Source: a virus (lineage: Duplodnaviria > Caudoviricetes). From it: a stretch of DNA of 52,751 nt. The DNA is taken from positions 1 to 52,751 of IMG/VR virus record IMGVR_UViG_3300025892_000028, one strand, 5' to 3'. Shown here in pieces: positions 38,201 to 47,585 of this stretch (the stretch's first letter is position 1; each line of letters starts with the position of its first letter). The position numbers and the translations under genes are program-made. The notes beneath the pieces were generated by a model that made no database searches, was not told the origin of the DNA, and saw nothing but the letters and a program-made list of their open reading frames with translations.

Positions 38201-41200
38201 CGAACAGCAAGATCCTGCTGACTTTAGGTTCCGTCCACATTGGAGAACTGATACTACTACAACTAATCCTCCAAAACTTAGAAATGCTCCAGATGGAGAG
38301 TTCAATACATATGCTCAGTCTAGACCTTTCATTGCATCTGGTTCACTCTTCCATATTGGAGATAAACTCGAAAGTGCAACATATGATTATAACGAATCAT
38401 CGATAGTCGAATTCACTCATGGTGGAGACTATGGTTCTATTACATCAGCATCGTCTACTAATATTGATTATGGTGATGTAACTGGTATAGTTACTGAGGG
38501 TGAATTTGATAATGGTCAAGTAGTAATTACCGAAACTACACAACCTTATGTTGGATTGTTTAGTTTCCAAGGTGCTGCTGCAACATTCTTCATCCGTGGA
38601 CCTTATAGTTCCAAAGAAGGTGGCATTAGGATCTTCAACGAACAGCAAAATCCTGCCGACTTTAGTTTCCGTCCACATTGGAGATCACGTCCTTACGAAC
38701 AAGGAAAACTTACCGGTAATGCTGAAACACCAAGAACTAGACCTTTCATTGGTTCTGGTTCACTGTTCCATATTGGAGACAGAATTGAGAAGGCAGTATT
38801 CTCATACAATAATTCTTCAATAACAACTTTTGAAACTGCTGAAGATTATCAATCTATTACATCAAATGCAACCTCAAATATTGACTATGGTGTAGTTGGT
38901 GGAATTGTAACTGAAGGTGAATTTGATAACGGTCAGTTAGTAATTACCGAAACTACTCAACCATTCGGTCTGTTTAATATTACTGGTGATTCCATTGATA
39001 AGTGGCAGCAGTGCTTTACTAAGATTGGTAGTGGTTCACTATTCTCATTCAACGGGGGAATTGAAAGCAGAACAGATGATTATCCAGAAAGCACAGTACT
39101 GTTCAAGTTTACTGGTAACCTCACAGAAAGTTTCGGTAAGGGACTTTACACTGGTTCTGGTTCACTGTTCCATATCGGAGACAGAATTGAGAAGGCAGTA
39201 TTCTCATACAATAATTCTTCGATTATTGCTAGTGTATCTCCTGATGAGGAGTTTGGTTCCGTTACAGATCCAAGCACTACATCAAGCGATTATGGTTCAA
39301 TAACAAATGCTTATCTGCCACCTAATACTGATAATGGTGATCTGATTACTCTTCGTGGAGATGAAAATCCATTCGGATTATTCAGTATTTCAGGTGGTTC
39401 ATCCGAAAGGCAAATTGATGATTATGTTGGTTCAGGGTCACTGTTCTCTGCTAAAGGTGCTGCTGAAGCATTCATCGCTCAGACACCTGAAGAAACCTTC
39501 CTGCTCAAAATGCGTGGTGGCGCAGTTGAGAAGCATATTGAGAACTGGGTCGGATCTGGAACCATCAAATATCCAGAGGACACACCTCTCGCTCCTAATG
39601 CTGCAGTCAGATTCCGTCCACATTGGAGGGGGCGTTCCTTTGAAGGTCCAATTACCCTCAGCGGTGTTGGTGGTGAATTCTTCCGTGGATCTTATGTTGG
39701 TAATAAATCTAATGTCAGCCTCAGAATTCTTACACCTAATGAAGGATTTGAGTGGAGACAGTATAGACCATCACCACGTTATGTTAACTCCGTATATGGC
39801 AAGATTGGTGGATCTGCAACAGTTGCTGGTATATCAGTATCTCAAAAAGTTAATGTTTACGGATATTATGGTGATGATAGAGATCCAGGAACTTCTGGTT
39901 CACTATTCACATTTAATAGTGCTACAGAAGTAGCTGGTTATAATCCAACAACAGACACAGTTCTTTATACTGCTTCTGGTACTGCTGCTTCCAAATGGAA
40001 TCCTGCATGGACATCACGTCCTGATGGTTCACCTAGACTTTCCGGTACTCCTAAACTTCAACTTAGATTCAACATCTTCACTAATCCTGAAGTTGAAGTA
40101 TTCAAATTTGATGGTACTCCAGATCTCAAGATCACTCTTAATTATAATGGTTCGGGAACATTATTTACTAGTAATGGATCTAGTGAAGTTCGTGGGTTCA
40201 ATCCATCAACAGATACAGTTCTATTCAAGGCAAGTGGAAATCCAATTGTTCTGTTCTCGCTGTTACATATTGGTTCTGGATCACTATTTGGTTTCGGATC
40301 TGCAGCAGAAGCAAGAACAATTCTTGCGCCAGAAAGCACAGTTCTATTCATTCCATCTGGTTCAGGATCAGCAAACATTGTTCGCGCACATGAAGGTTCA
40401 GGAACAAATATTGTTTCTGGAACTGTCGAAGAAACACTTACAAATGCATATCAAGGAGAGGGTTCACTCTTCAGTGCAGGAAGTGCAGCAGAAGTTACAG
40501 CAATTTCCGAAGCAGAAAGCACTGTCCTATTCAAGTCTTCTGGTGGAGAAGCAAATGCATTCGTCAGATCTGCTATTGCCGAAGGTAATGTTACTATCAG
40601 CGATAATCTGGATGAAGCATTCGCAAGACCTTATGCTGGCGAAGGTTCGCTCTTCGGATTTGATGGTGCTGCCGAAGCGGTAACAGTAGACGAAGAATCT
40701 ACTGGTCTGTTTAACTTTATTGGTGATGCCAATATTGTTAGAGATAGATCTTTTGCTGGCGAAGGTTCACTCTTCGGTATCGGTGGAGCATCAGAAACAA
40801 GTGTTATCTCACCTGATCTCGAAACCGGTCTATTTGAGATTACTGGTTCTGCTGTTGGAATTAGAACTAGATCCTTTACTCCTGATGGTGGAGAAACATT
40901 TGTTTACGGTGATGGTGGTGTAGTATCAACCAGAATTTATACCGGTAAAGGTTCACTCTTTGGAATTGGTGGTGCTACCGAATCTACTACAACTAATCTT
41001 CCTCAAAATACACTTCTTTATACTGTCGAAGGACGTGGTGTTGTTACTAGAGCAAGAGATTTTGCTGGTTCTGAATCTATATTCACTAGTGGCAATGCCC
41101 TTCCTGTTGCGGCAGTTGTATTTACCGGATCAGGAACACTCTCAACATTCAATGGTGCTGCAGAATCCAGAACAATTACTTCCGAAAGCACTGTTCTCTT

Positions 41201-41591
41201 CAAACCAAGTGGTAGTGCTGCAGAAAGCTTTACTGAAGGAAATTATGATGCTTCTGGAAGTGCAACAATTTCAGGTGAAGCATCTGATATTAAGAATACT
41301 CGTAGTGAGAGAGTATTTGCATATGTATCAACTAATGGCGAAGCAATCGCCCGACAGACATATGCTTACCTTGGAACTGGTACATTCTCAACATTCAATG
41401 GTGCTGCTGAAGCGAGAGCAATTGACATTGAAACACCAGTATCTGTTAATCTGTTTACTGTTGTCGGAAATAACCCAGGAAGTGTTACTAGAGTCACTCA
41501 ACCAGGAACAGCGAAGTTTGTTCTGAGTGGAGCATCTGTCAATGTTTTAAAACTATTCAGTCCAATAAGAATATTCAGTACGATAATATAA
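35229..41591 (+). CDS. Long repetitive fibre-like virion protein (2120 aa)
   Basis: Many G(S/E)GSLF repeats and DYG-x-(V/I) repeats, with an inserted globular region. Confidence 0.75.
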   Translation: MNTFNYNTSNVNHYVTTDLGSLGDAPTSTVDNGETAYDLVVSGDYIVTGDILVNFFTEEDYQEINFTETTYPFGTFKVSNTTNSAATVVFVSKPEPIKLYQKAIVVRKQAWTGSGTLFEIADGRERMIAPWIGSSGPLRVSGGAESSVTHKFTEDSIRTYGSSVDYGLVPAAVGSSISYGQVTDIVDEGEFDNGDIIPGDGRPYGLFSLEGFNSSNFRIKAWAGSGNINISGQESSQFNEPTPQIYIVKTSKLTGVGLNIYNSTNPDSFTRATYQGSGSLFEIGQKDERSVFAYNTQTVGSEYQSLQTEDYQTINQSAGTTENYGQILSPADAGELSYGGFNTNFARFGAIKVNGSAAVRQADNYTASYEASYAFVDIGPDVDIVSDFYYSSGVQYRNGGLGFGSNGGFNIGPHYKIDGSNGIDQMAWFLDLTNVTHITVTGIRGNDSNGGNEDNISPDSLQYYFTKTGVSGVNGVAFPGEQNFVGLEVATDGVSERTITVPSEFRVSGVQFSLRLYFSQDEYGIKQVALRNADTNSGFVTVLPDELVSNYSASLTHVAVENSGTGTGYTGGFNSGTGTKYFRFGTSNVNEYRELTWVADASELSEFIFDLIAGNNSNGGNSPESVDDLVFYWRDVNTFRPIEVLTDSDEPEDWKKVFSTIPPEARNAGQEFKLRQFGSGTFDNVGIRSIEFVPTLDTSNVNIVTPNLKTDTVFVRGDATVQFVEPAAQIYVVNGSGVLTLSGTMPEQYIIGNYNTTGSFITSGQNDERAVFDYNDSSIEVVQDPIDNGSLSSFGSTSDYGQVTQPSVGETSYGQIVVTETTQPFGRLFEVTGGDRAHANPKAYLGATAEIRITGGYSNLQFTSQAGESTVLFNTSGGDADSFSRPYIGSGSLFHIGDRVEKTVYAYNSSSIITYEEPIDIGLITNSATQFTDYGSVGSDYYPNINYGSVSNDGSDLNPLGKLFEIGGSAVEEFFPTFAWNRQSPPIRIFNEQQDPADFRFRPHWRTDTTTTNPPKLRNAPDGEFNTYAQSRPFIASGSLFHIGDKLESATYDYNESSIVEFTHGGDYGSITSASSTNIDYGDVTGIVTEGEFDNGQVVITETTQPYVGLFSFQGAAATFFIRGPYSSKEGGIRIFNEQQNPADFSFRPHWRSRPYEQGKLTGNAETPRTRPFIGSGSLFHIGDRIEKAVFSYNNSSITTFETAEDYQSITSNATSNIDYGVVGGIVTEGEFDNGQLVITETTQPFGLFNITGDSIDKWQQCFTKIGSGSLFSFNGGIESRTDDYPESTVLFKFTGNLTESFGKGLYTGSGSLFHIGDRIEKAVFSYNNSSIIASVSPDEEFGSVTDPSTTSSDYGSITNAYLPPNTDNGDLITLRGDENPFGLFSISGGSSERQIDDYVGSGSLFSAKGAAEAFIAQTPEETFLLKMRGGAVEKHIENWVGSGTIKYPEDTPLAPNAAVRFRPHWRGRSFEGPITLSGVGGEFFRGSYVGNKSNVSLRILTPNEGFEWRQYRPSPRYVNSVYGKIGGSATVAGISVSQKVNVYGYYGDDRDPGTSGSLFTFNSATEVAGYNPTTDTVLYTASGTAASKWNPAWTSRPDGSPRLSGTPKLQLRFNIFTNPEVEVFKFDGTPDLKITLNYNGSGTLFTSNGSSEVRGFNPSTDTVLFKASGNPIVLFSLLHIGSGSLFGFGSAAEARTILAPESTVLFIPSGSGSANIVRAHEGSGTNIVSGTVEETLTNAYQGEGSLFSAGSAAEVTAISEAESTVLFKSSGGEANAFVRSAIAEGNVTISDNLDEAFARPYAGEGSLFGFDGAAEAVTVDEESTGLFNFIGDANIVRDRSFAGEGSLFGIGGASETSVISPDLETGLFEITGSAVGIRTRSFTPDGGETFVYGDGGVVSTRIYTGKGSLFGIGGATESTTTNLPQNTLLYTVEGRGVVTRARDFAGSESIFTSGNALPVAAVVFTGSGTLSTFNGAAESRTITSESTVLFKPSGSAAESFTEGNYDASGSATISGEASDIKNTRSERVFAYVSTNGEAIARQTYAYLGTGTFSTFNGAAEARAIDIETPVSVNLFTVVGNNPGSVTRVTQPGTAKFVLSGASVNVLKLFSPIRIFSTII
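38187..38684 (+). repeat. Direct repeat pair, 60 nt (38187-38246 and 38625-38684)
   Basis: ATTAGGATCTTCAACGAACAGCAA...CCGTCCACATTGGAGA with 3 mismatches; 438 nt apart and in frame (IRIFNEQQ.PADF.FRPHWR). Confidence 0.88.
38751..39220 (+). repeat. Direct repeat pair, 68 nt (38751-38818 and 39153-39220)
   Basis: GGTTCTGGTTCACTGTTCCATAT(T/C)GGAGACAGAATTGAGAAGGCAGTATTCTCATACAATAATTCTTC with 1 mismatch; 402 nt apart and in frame. Confidence 0.9.
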
Positions 41592-41598
41592 TAGTTCT

Positions 41599-41606
41599 TA
41601 TAAATA
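41599..41606 (+). promoter_or_regulatory. T4-type late promoter
   Basis: Intergenic TATAAATA 30 nt before ATG 41637. Confidence 0.78.
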
Positions 41607-41636
41607 AAAGAAGAAAAACTCCCAGTTTAATAGAAA

Positions 41637-41825
41637 ATGACAACCCAAGTACAGTTTCGTAGAGGAACTACATCTCAACATCAAACATTTACTGGCGCTG
41701 AAGGTGAAATCACCGTTGACACAGATAAGAAAACTGCTGTTGTTCATGACGGGGTACAACCAGGAGGACATGAGATGGCTTCTAGAGCAGCATTAGTTGC
41801 TTATACGATAGCCATGGGTCTTTGA
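41637..41825 (+). CDS. Stand-alone Mtd_N/hyaluronidase-N-like fibre domain (62 aa)
   Basis: QVQFRRGTT..H.TFTGAEGEITVDTDK...VVHDG...GG is the fibre N-terminal signature; ends in hydrophobic LVAYTIAMGL. Confidence 0.8.
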   Translation: MTTQVQFRRGTTSQHQTFTGAEGEITVDTDKKTAVVHDGVQPGGHEMASRAALVAYTIAMGL

Positions 41826-41864
41826 AAATTTATTATATTTAAAAATCATAAGGAAATTTAAAAA

Positions 41865-44800
41865 ATGGCAAAGAAATTAGTTACCTATTACTCATTTGAA
41901 CCTTCTACAAATACTGTAAAGATTCCTGGTAATATTAAAGCAGAAAAGCTTCTGCTTATCACAAACATTACTGACAATACACCGATTTACATTTTCTCAG
42001 ACCAATTTCTTGGTCTAGAATCTGCAACTTATAATCAAACTACAGAAGAAACTGAGTTTGTTCTGTCGTGTAATTGCGGCACAATGTCCTCCACGGATAA
42101 ATTGCAAATTTTCTATGACAAACCATATGTAAGTATTGAACCTTCCGAGACTTTCGTTGACGCTGTTTCAAAGTTCAGAGTTTCAAATCCAGAAAACCTG
42201 ATTGATACTGACTTTGAGTATGGTCCTCAGGCTTCTAAATGGGAAACTCTTCAGACGATTAATAATATTCCGTCTTTCTACTCATCTTCTTCTGATACTA
42301 CTATTTCGTTTATCACGAAAGTAGAATCATTTATTGATAGTGAGTTAATTACTGTTACTACTAGTTTTGATCATGGTCTTACTTCTGGTCTTCCGATTAC
42401 AGTAACTGGTCTTTCTTCCACTACCGCAGAAGGTACTTATTTAATCCAGTCAGTACCAACTACTACAACATTTACATTCAAGTGTAGAGCAGCACAACCT
42501 AGTAGTAGAGAACTCCAGGGTACTTACACCTCTATTATTCCTGGTAAATTCTTCCAAGGTTCTCAAATTGCTCTTGATGAATCACAAGGAATTGTCAGCG
42601 AACTTTACAATTTCCGAGTCAAAGTCTATTCTGTCTGGCAATTTACACTTCCTTCAGTTCCTGCTTCATGGGCAGTAAACGATTCTATTATTATTGATAG
42701 CGGTGGTGCGGGTTTAATTTCAAGAATTGACGGAAATGACGTTTACGTCTGGTTCAATTCTGTTGCTCAATCTAATCCTGTCGATGGTGATACACTCACA
42801 GCCAAAGAAACTGATGTTGTTGTAACAACAGTTGTAGGAGCAAGTAACAAGTATTTCATTAACTCATCTGAAGCTGCAGGAACTGAATATAATGATCAGC
42901 AATATGTTCAGCAAGAAACATTATCTCTTGCTAAAAAAGCGATCTATACTTTTGATGTATCAGATACATCAGTGAGCACCCACCCATTTGAATTCAGCGC
43001 AACTGATAATGGTACTCATGATGGTGGTACAGAATACACAACTTTTGTTTATAAGCATGGAACTCAAGGAACTGCTGGTGCTTATATAAGAATCTACTTC
43101 GATTATAATACCCCAGATAACTTATATTATTATTGCGGGTCTCACAGTGGAATGGGTGGTGATATCACAACAGCTGTTACTACTACATCTAAAGTATTCT
43201 TGACAACATCTGCAGAACATGGTTTTGCTGATAATACTAATTTCTACTTTGTTAATACAGTTTCACCTAAGATCTTTGACATTCAAGATGGGTCAGCAAT
43301 AGCAGCTGATGGTGAACCTGTCATTTCAGATTCCGATACATTCACTAATGTTATCACACCTGATCTTACTAAAACAGATCCATATAATATTGAATCTACA
43401 TATACATTAAGATTTGATGAAGCAGATATCAACTATGGTTCTGATAGAATTACCCTTCCCAATCACAGATTTGAGACTGGTTATTCATTACTATACTATC
43501 CAAATCCAGGAGACACTCCTATTGGTGGATTGAGCAGAATGTCTGTTTATTATGTCAAAAAAATTGATGATAATACCATTGAATTATATGATTCAATGAG
43601 AGTTCAGGCAAATTATCTGAAGAACCTCAGTCCAGGTGGTACATTTACCCATGGTCAGCATAATCTTGGACTGGTATACAATATCTACAGGGAGCAGAAA
43701 GGATATAATAACTGGTATACTTACTACTATCCTTACTATAATAACTTTGGTTCTACATATTCCGGTTATGATCTTAGAGATAATCAATATGGATTAGGAG
43801 GTCAGAACTGGGATAGAACGATCTTCTTCTCTCAAACCAGAAGTCATGCTGGTGGTAATAGTGGTAATGATAGATTTAGGTATTGCGATACTTGGTTCAG
43901 ATTCTTTAATACATTTTGGAAAACTTATGGTTACAATCATGTAACTCTTCCACTGGGAACATCCGCTCAGTTCCAGGGAGTTTATGATATGCTGACTGAT
44001 ACTTCACATAATGGTTATAGTAACAATAGTTACGCTAATGCATATTGGGTTGGTGCTTTAAATGGTAATGGTCCTGCTGGTGTAGGAAATCCTTACTATT
44101 GGACATCTAATTTCTATATTGACTATGTTCAGACTGGAAACTCACCATACATTAGAATGCGTGGTAATAACTGGTTCTTCTGGTATCATCAAAACGGTCG
44201 TGGATACAACCTAGATAGAAGATTTGGATCTCACACCAGTGATGGTGGGACCAACATGTATATCATGTTTGGTAAGCAAAATACTACCACAAATGATTCG
44301 ATCTATAAAGAAAATCACCTTGCAGAAACCGGACACACTTATACATTAGATACCACTAGTGGTGACATTCATTACTATACTGGCAGTAATGCTACTAGAA
44401 ACCAACTTGGAAATGGAACAAGTATCACCACAGAAAAAATTGATGCCAATAGAGTTCGTTTGAAGGATACAAGTAACAATGTATACAGATTAGCAGCTGT
44501 AACAGGTGCTCCTACACTTTCCGGTACATTTACATCACCATTCAAAAACTCAATTTTTGTTGCTGAACATCAATTCTCAAACAATGAGTATTTAAGATAT
44601 GATCAAGTTGGGTCTGCGCCAATTGCTGGACTGGTTTCTGGAAACTCCTACTATGTAAAAGTTGTTGATGCTAATAGATTCCAACTAGGATCTACAGTCG
44701 GTTTCTCAACTGAAATTGACTTCACTAATAAAGGAACTGGACTTCAGTCATTTGAAAATACAACCGCTGCTTTTGGTACAACTGATGGTTCATATACAAC

Positions 44801-47567
44801 TACTAAAGCAGTTAGTGATACCAAACTTTCCGTAACAATTCCATTCAAAATTCCTCCTGCATTGAAGGGATTTGACGCTAATGCAAATGTCACTATTGCT
44901 GATGATTATATCACAATTAATAATCACTATTTTGCTACTGGAACAAGGGTCATCTATGACGCTCAAGGAGGAACACCACTTGGCGGATTGACTGATGGTG
45001 CGGATTACTACATTATTGTTATTGATAACAATATCTTCAAACTAGCAACAACTTTGGCAGATTCTGTTGCAGGAAATGCCATTACCATTTCAACTAAACC
45101 TGGAAGTACTGAAACACAACAATTCATTAGTGCTAGTATGTCAGGTCAGGTTTCTGGCACTGGTACAGTAGAAGTTACATCTGGTAGTAGACTTGTTACT
45201 GGATCAAATGCTGCATTCCAGAGATTCTATAAGATCGGTGATAAACTGAGAATTGTTAATAATGCAACTACACCTGGTGTAATTGTTGAGAAGACAATTA
45301 CAGCAATTACTGATGATGATAATATGTTGGTTGATACAACATATGACTTCACCAACAGTGGTTTAAATTATCTAATTCCTTCTTACATCTATGTAAGACC
45401 TGATGGTTTCTATCTCCACAGACCATTTGACGGTGGCATGGAAATTGGTACTTCTAAGTCACCTAACTCTAGAATTTCTAGACAGACTCGTAAGTATTTC
45501 CGTTATCAGTCAGGTAAAGGTATTCAGACCTCATTCGCTATTAACTTCATTCCTCAAGTTCCTGTTCAAACAATTTCGTATACTCCAATTGGAACTACTA
45601 CGGTAGTAACAGGTGCTACGATGACAACGGGTGGATCAACATTGACGGTTAGTGATACATCAGCTCTAACAGTAGGACAAATTGCTTCTGGAGAAGCTGG
45701 TCTTGGAACCAAGTCCAGAATTGTTCAGATCATTGATGCTACAACACTAGAAATGAGTACATCTTGCACTGGAACTTTCACTGGTGGCACAATCACATTC
45801 GCTAGAGTCGAACTTGCGACCATCGTCTGCACAAAACCACACCAGTTTGAATCTGATGTCCAAGTTACGGTCAAGGGTTGTAGTGTTGAAGAATTTAATA
45901 TCACTGGAGATATTTACAGTATCGAAAATGATTTCTCATTCAGATATCTTCTCCCAGCACAACCCACATCTGATGTTGGTGGTGGATTCACTACCGTATC
46001 TATTGTTGCCTGGAGTGACTGTTCAATCCGTGCTGGTATGTTTGATGATCAGAATGGTTTCTACTTTGAATATGATGGTGCAACACTTAACTGTGTCAGA
46101 AGATCTTCTGTCCAACAACTTCCTGGAACTATCGCTGTAGCAAACGCCAGTCAAATTATTACTGGAACTAATACATCGTTTATCTCTCAAGTTGCCGTTG
46201 GTGAGCATCTCGTTATTCGCGGAATGACATATCAAGTTGTTAAGATTGCTAGCAATAGTCAACTTACAATCCAACCTTCTTATCGTGGTGTTAGTGCAAC
46301 TGACGTTATTTGCACCAAAACTATTAATACTGCAGTAGCGAAAGAAAATTGGAACATTGATAAAGCAGATGGTGATGGTCCATCTGGTTACATCTTGAAT
46401 CTTGATAGAATTCAAATGTGCTATATGGATTACTCCTGGTATGGTGCTGGTAAGATCCGTTTCGGATTTAAAGATCAAGATGGACATGTTAAGTATGTCC
46501 ATGAATTTAAGCACAACAACCGTTTGACGGAATCTTACTTCCGTTCTGGTAACCTACCTGCTCGTTATGAAGTAGTTAACTTCACATCACCGACATATGT
46601 CGGAACCTTGTTCCACTGGGGTACTTCAGTTATCATGGATGGTACAATGCAAGATGACGAAGCATATCTCTTCACAGCATCAGGCAACGTCCAGAAGTAT
46701 ACAAATGCTACTGCCGAAAGTTCTAGCACCAACGCCAATAGTTTCCTGAGATCATATTACCAAGGCACATGGTGGAACAGAACGTTCTATCTCATCATGC
46801 GTTTCCCATCTAGTGAAGCATCTAAGTTCTCAATTAACACATTGATCTATGAGAACACTGTTGCCAATGGTTACTTCTTAGAAGGTAGACCAATTGACTC
46901 TAAGTCTCGTGTCTCAGGTAGCTACTATGAAGCCGCAATTCAATATGTAGAAGGAACTGCAACTGTATTCCCATATAACTATACAAATCAGATTAATTCT
47001 ACCATTGGAAATCCTGCTGTTCCTTCAGGAACAACAATGAATATCGGTGCCCCTGCTGGTGTTGATAACATTATTCCTGATAACATCCCACTGATTTCAA
47101 TCAGACTGGCACCTTCAGTTGACTCTTCAATTACTGGTGCTCTCGGAGAACGTGAAATTATCAACAGAATGCAACTCAAACTTGACTCTGTTGGTATTCT
47201 AACTACACATGAGACGGAACTATCACTGATCTTGAACCCACAACTTTCAACAGATGAGTTCCAGAATGTTGACGAACCTTCGCTCTGCCAACTCGTTAAG
47301 CATGGTCCTAACGATGTTATCACAGGCGGTTCTAAGATTCTCTCATTCAGAGCATCTGGTTCTGGAGATGGTAATACATTCTCAACAGAATACGATCTTA
47401 CGAAACTGAGTGATTTGGGTAACTCAATTCTTGGTGGTGATGGCGTTTATCCAAATGGACCTGACCTACTTTGCGTCGTTGCTAACATTGTTGACTCAAC
47501 AGGTGTTAGTGTTACAAACCCATACTCAGTATCTGCTAGGGTTACCTGGCAGGAATCACAAGCATAA
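41865..47567 (+). CDS. Large fibre/structural protein (1900 aa) with a cupredoxin-like module and a probable lectin-like domain
   Basis: LLLITN, SKFRVSNPENLIDTDFEYGPQ.SKWE, RQTRKYFRYQSGKG, YSWYGAG.IRFG and SGNLPARYE; HPF...YYYCGSHSGMG. Confidence 0.78.
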   Translation: MAKKLVTYYSFEPSTNTVKIPGNIKAEKLLLITNITDNTPIYIFSDQFLGLESATYNQTTEETEFVLSCNCGTMSSTDKLQIFYDKPYVSIEPSETFVDAVSKFRVSNPENLIDTDFEYGPQASKWETLQTINNIPSFYSSSSDTTISFITKVESFIDSELITVTTSFDHGLTSGLPITVTGLSSTTAEGTYLIQSVPTTTTFTFKCRAAQPSSRELQGTYTSIIPGKFFQGSQIALDESQGIVSELYNFRVKVYSVWQFTLPSVPASWAVNDSIIIDSGGAGLISRIDGNDVYVWFNSVAQSNPVDGDTLTAKETDVVVTTVVGASNKYFINSSEAAGTEYNDQQYVQQETLSLAKKAIYTFDVSDTSVSTHPFEFSATDNGTHDGGTEYTTFVYKHGTQGTAGAYIRIYFDYNTPDNLYYYCGSHSGMGGDITTAVTTTSKVFLTTSAEHGFADNTNFYFVNTVSPKIFDIQDGSAIAADGEPVISDSDTFTNVITPDLTKTDPYNIESTYTLRFDEADINYGSDRITLPNHRFETGYSLLYYPNPGDTPIGGLSRMSVYYVKKIDDNTIELYDSMRVQANYLKNLSPGGTFTHGQHNLGLVYNIYREQKGYNNWYTYYYPYYNNFGSTYSGYDLRDNQYGLGGQNWDRTIFFSQTRSHAGGNSGNDRFRYCDTWFRFFNTFWKTYGYNHVTLPLGTSAQFQGVYDMLTDTSHNGYSNNSYANAYWVGALNGNGPAGVGNPYYWTSNFYIDYVQTGNSPYIRMRGNNWFFWYHQNGRGYNLDRRFGSHTSDGGTNMYIMFGKQNTTTNDSIYKENHLAETGHTYTLDTTSGDIHYYTGSNATRNQLGNGTSITTEKIDANRVRLKDTSNNVYRLAAVTGAPTLSGTFTSPFKNSIFVAEHQFSNNEYLRYDQVGSAPIAGLVSGNSYYVKVVDANRFQLGSTVGFSTEIDFTNKGTGLQSFENTTAAFGTTDGSYTTTKAVSDTKLSVTIPFKIPPALKGFDANANVTIADDYITINNHYFATGTRVIYDAQGGTPLGGLTDGADYYIIVIDNNIFKLATTLADSVAGNAITISTKPGSTETQQFISASMSGQVSGTGTVEVTSGSRLVTGSNAAFQRFYKIGDKLRIVNNATTPGVIVEKTITAITDDDNMLVDTTYDFTNSGLNYLIPSYIYVRPDGFYLHRPFDGGMEIGTSKSPNSRISRQTRKYFRYQSGKGIQTSFAINFIPQVPVQTISYTPIGTTTVVTGATMTTGGSTLTVSDTSALTVGQIASGEAGLGTKSRIVQIIDATTLEMSTSCTGTFTGGTITFARVELATIVCTKPHQFESDVQVTVKGCSVEEFNITGDIYSIENDFSFRYLLPAQPTSDVGGGFTTVSIVAWSDCSIRAGMFDDQNGFYFEYDGATLNCVRRSSVQQLPGTIAVANASQIITGTNTSFISQVAVGEHLVIRGMTYQVVKIASNSQLTIQPSYRGVSATDVICTKTINTAVAKENWNIDKADGDGPSGYILNLDRIQMCYMDYSWYGAGKIRFGFKDQDGHVKYVHEFKHNNRLTESYFRSGNLPARYEVVNFTSPTYVGTLFHWGTSVIMDGTMQDDEAYLFTASGNVQKYTNATAESSSTNANSFLRSYYQGTWWNRTFYLIMRFPSSEASKFSINTLIYENTVANGYFLEGRPIDSKSRVSGSYYEAAIQYVEGTATVFPYNYTNQINSTIGNPAVPSGTTMNIGAPAGVDNIIPDNIPLISIRLAPSVDSSITGALGEREIINRMQLKLDSVGILTTHETELSLILNPQLSTDEFQNVDEPSLCQLVKHGPNDVITGGSKILSFRASGSGDGNTFSTEYDLTKLSDLGNSILGGDGVYPNGPDLLCVVANIVDSTGVSVTNPYSVSARVTWQESQA

Positions 47568-47585
47568 ATTTAGGAGAAATCTAAC

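Noticed and set aside
38187-39220. Direct repeats as a CRISPR array or DGR TR/VR pair
   Set aside because: The repeats are 60-68 nt, about 400 nt apart and in frame within a protein repeat; the mismatches are not consistently adenine-specific.
39355-41526. Long alternative-frame plus-strand ORFs (192, 219 and 188 aa) inside the 2120-aa gene
   Set aside because: Their Leu/Val/Gln-rich sequence is what frame-shifting GGT/TCT/ACT/GCA-rich codons produces; no SD or recognisable motif.
41637-44270. Diversity-generating retroelement suggested by the Mtd_N-like domain and the Asn/Tyr-rich segment
   Set aside because: No reverse transcriptase, Avd-like gene or template repeat is visible in the window, and Mtd_N is only a fibre-attachment domain. 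A DGR elsewhere in the genome cannot be excluded.
41637-47567. Stop-codon read-through fusing the 62-aa Mtd_N-like ORF to the in-frame 1900-aa ORF
   Set aside because: A second in-frame stop (TAA 41859-41861) lies in the spacer, and the downstream gene has its own AAGGA SD.
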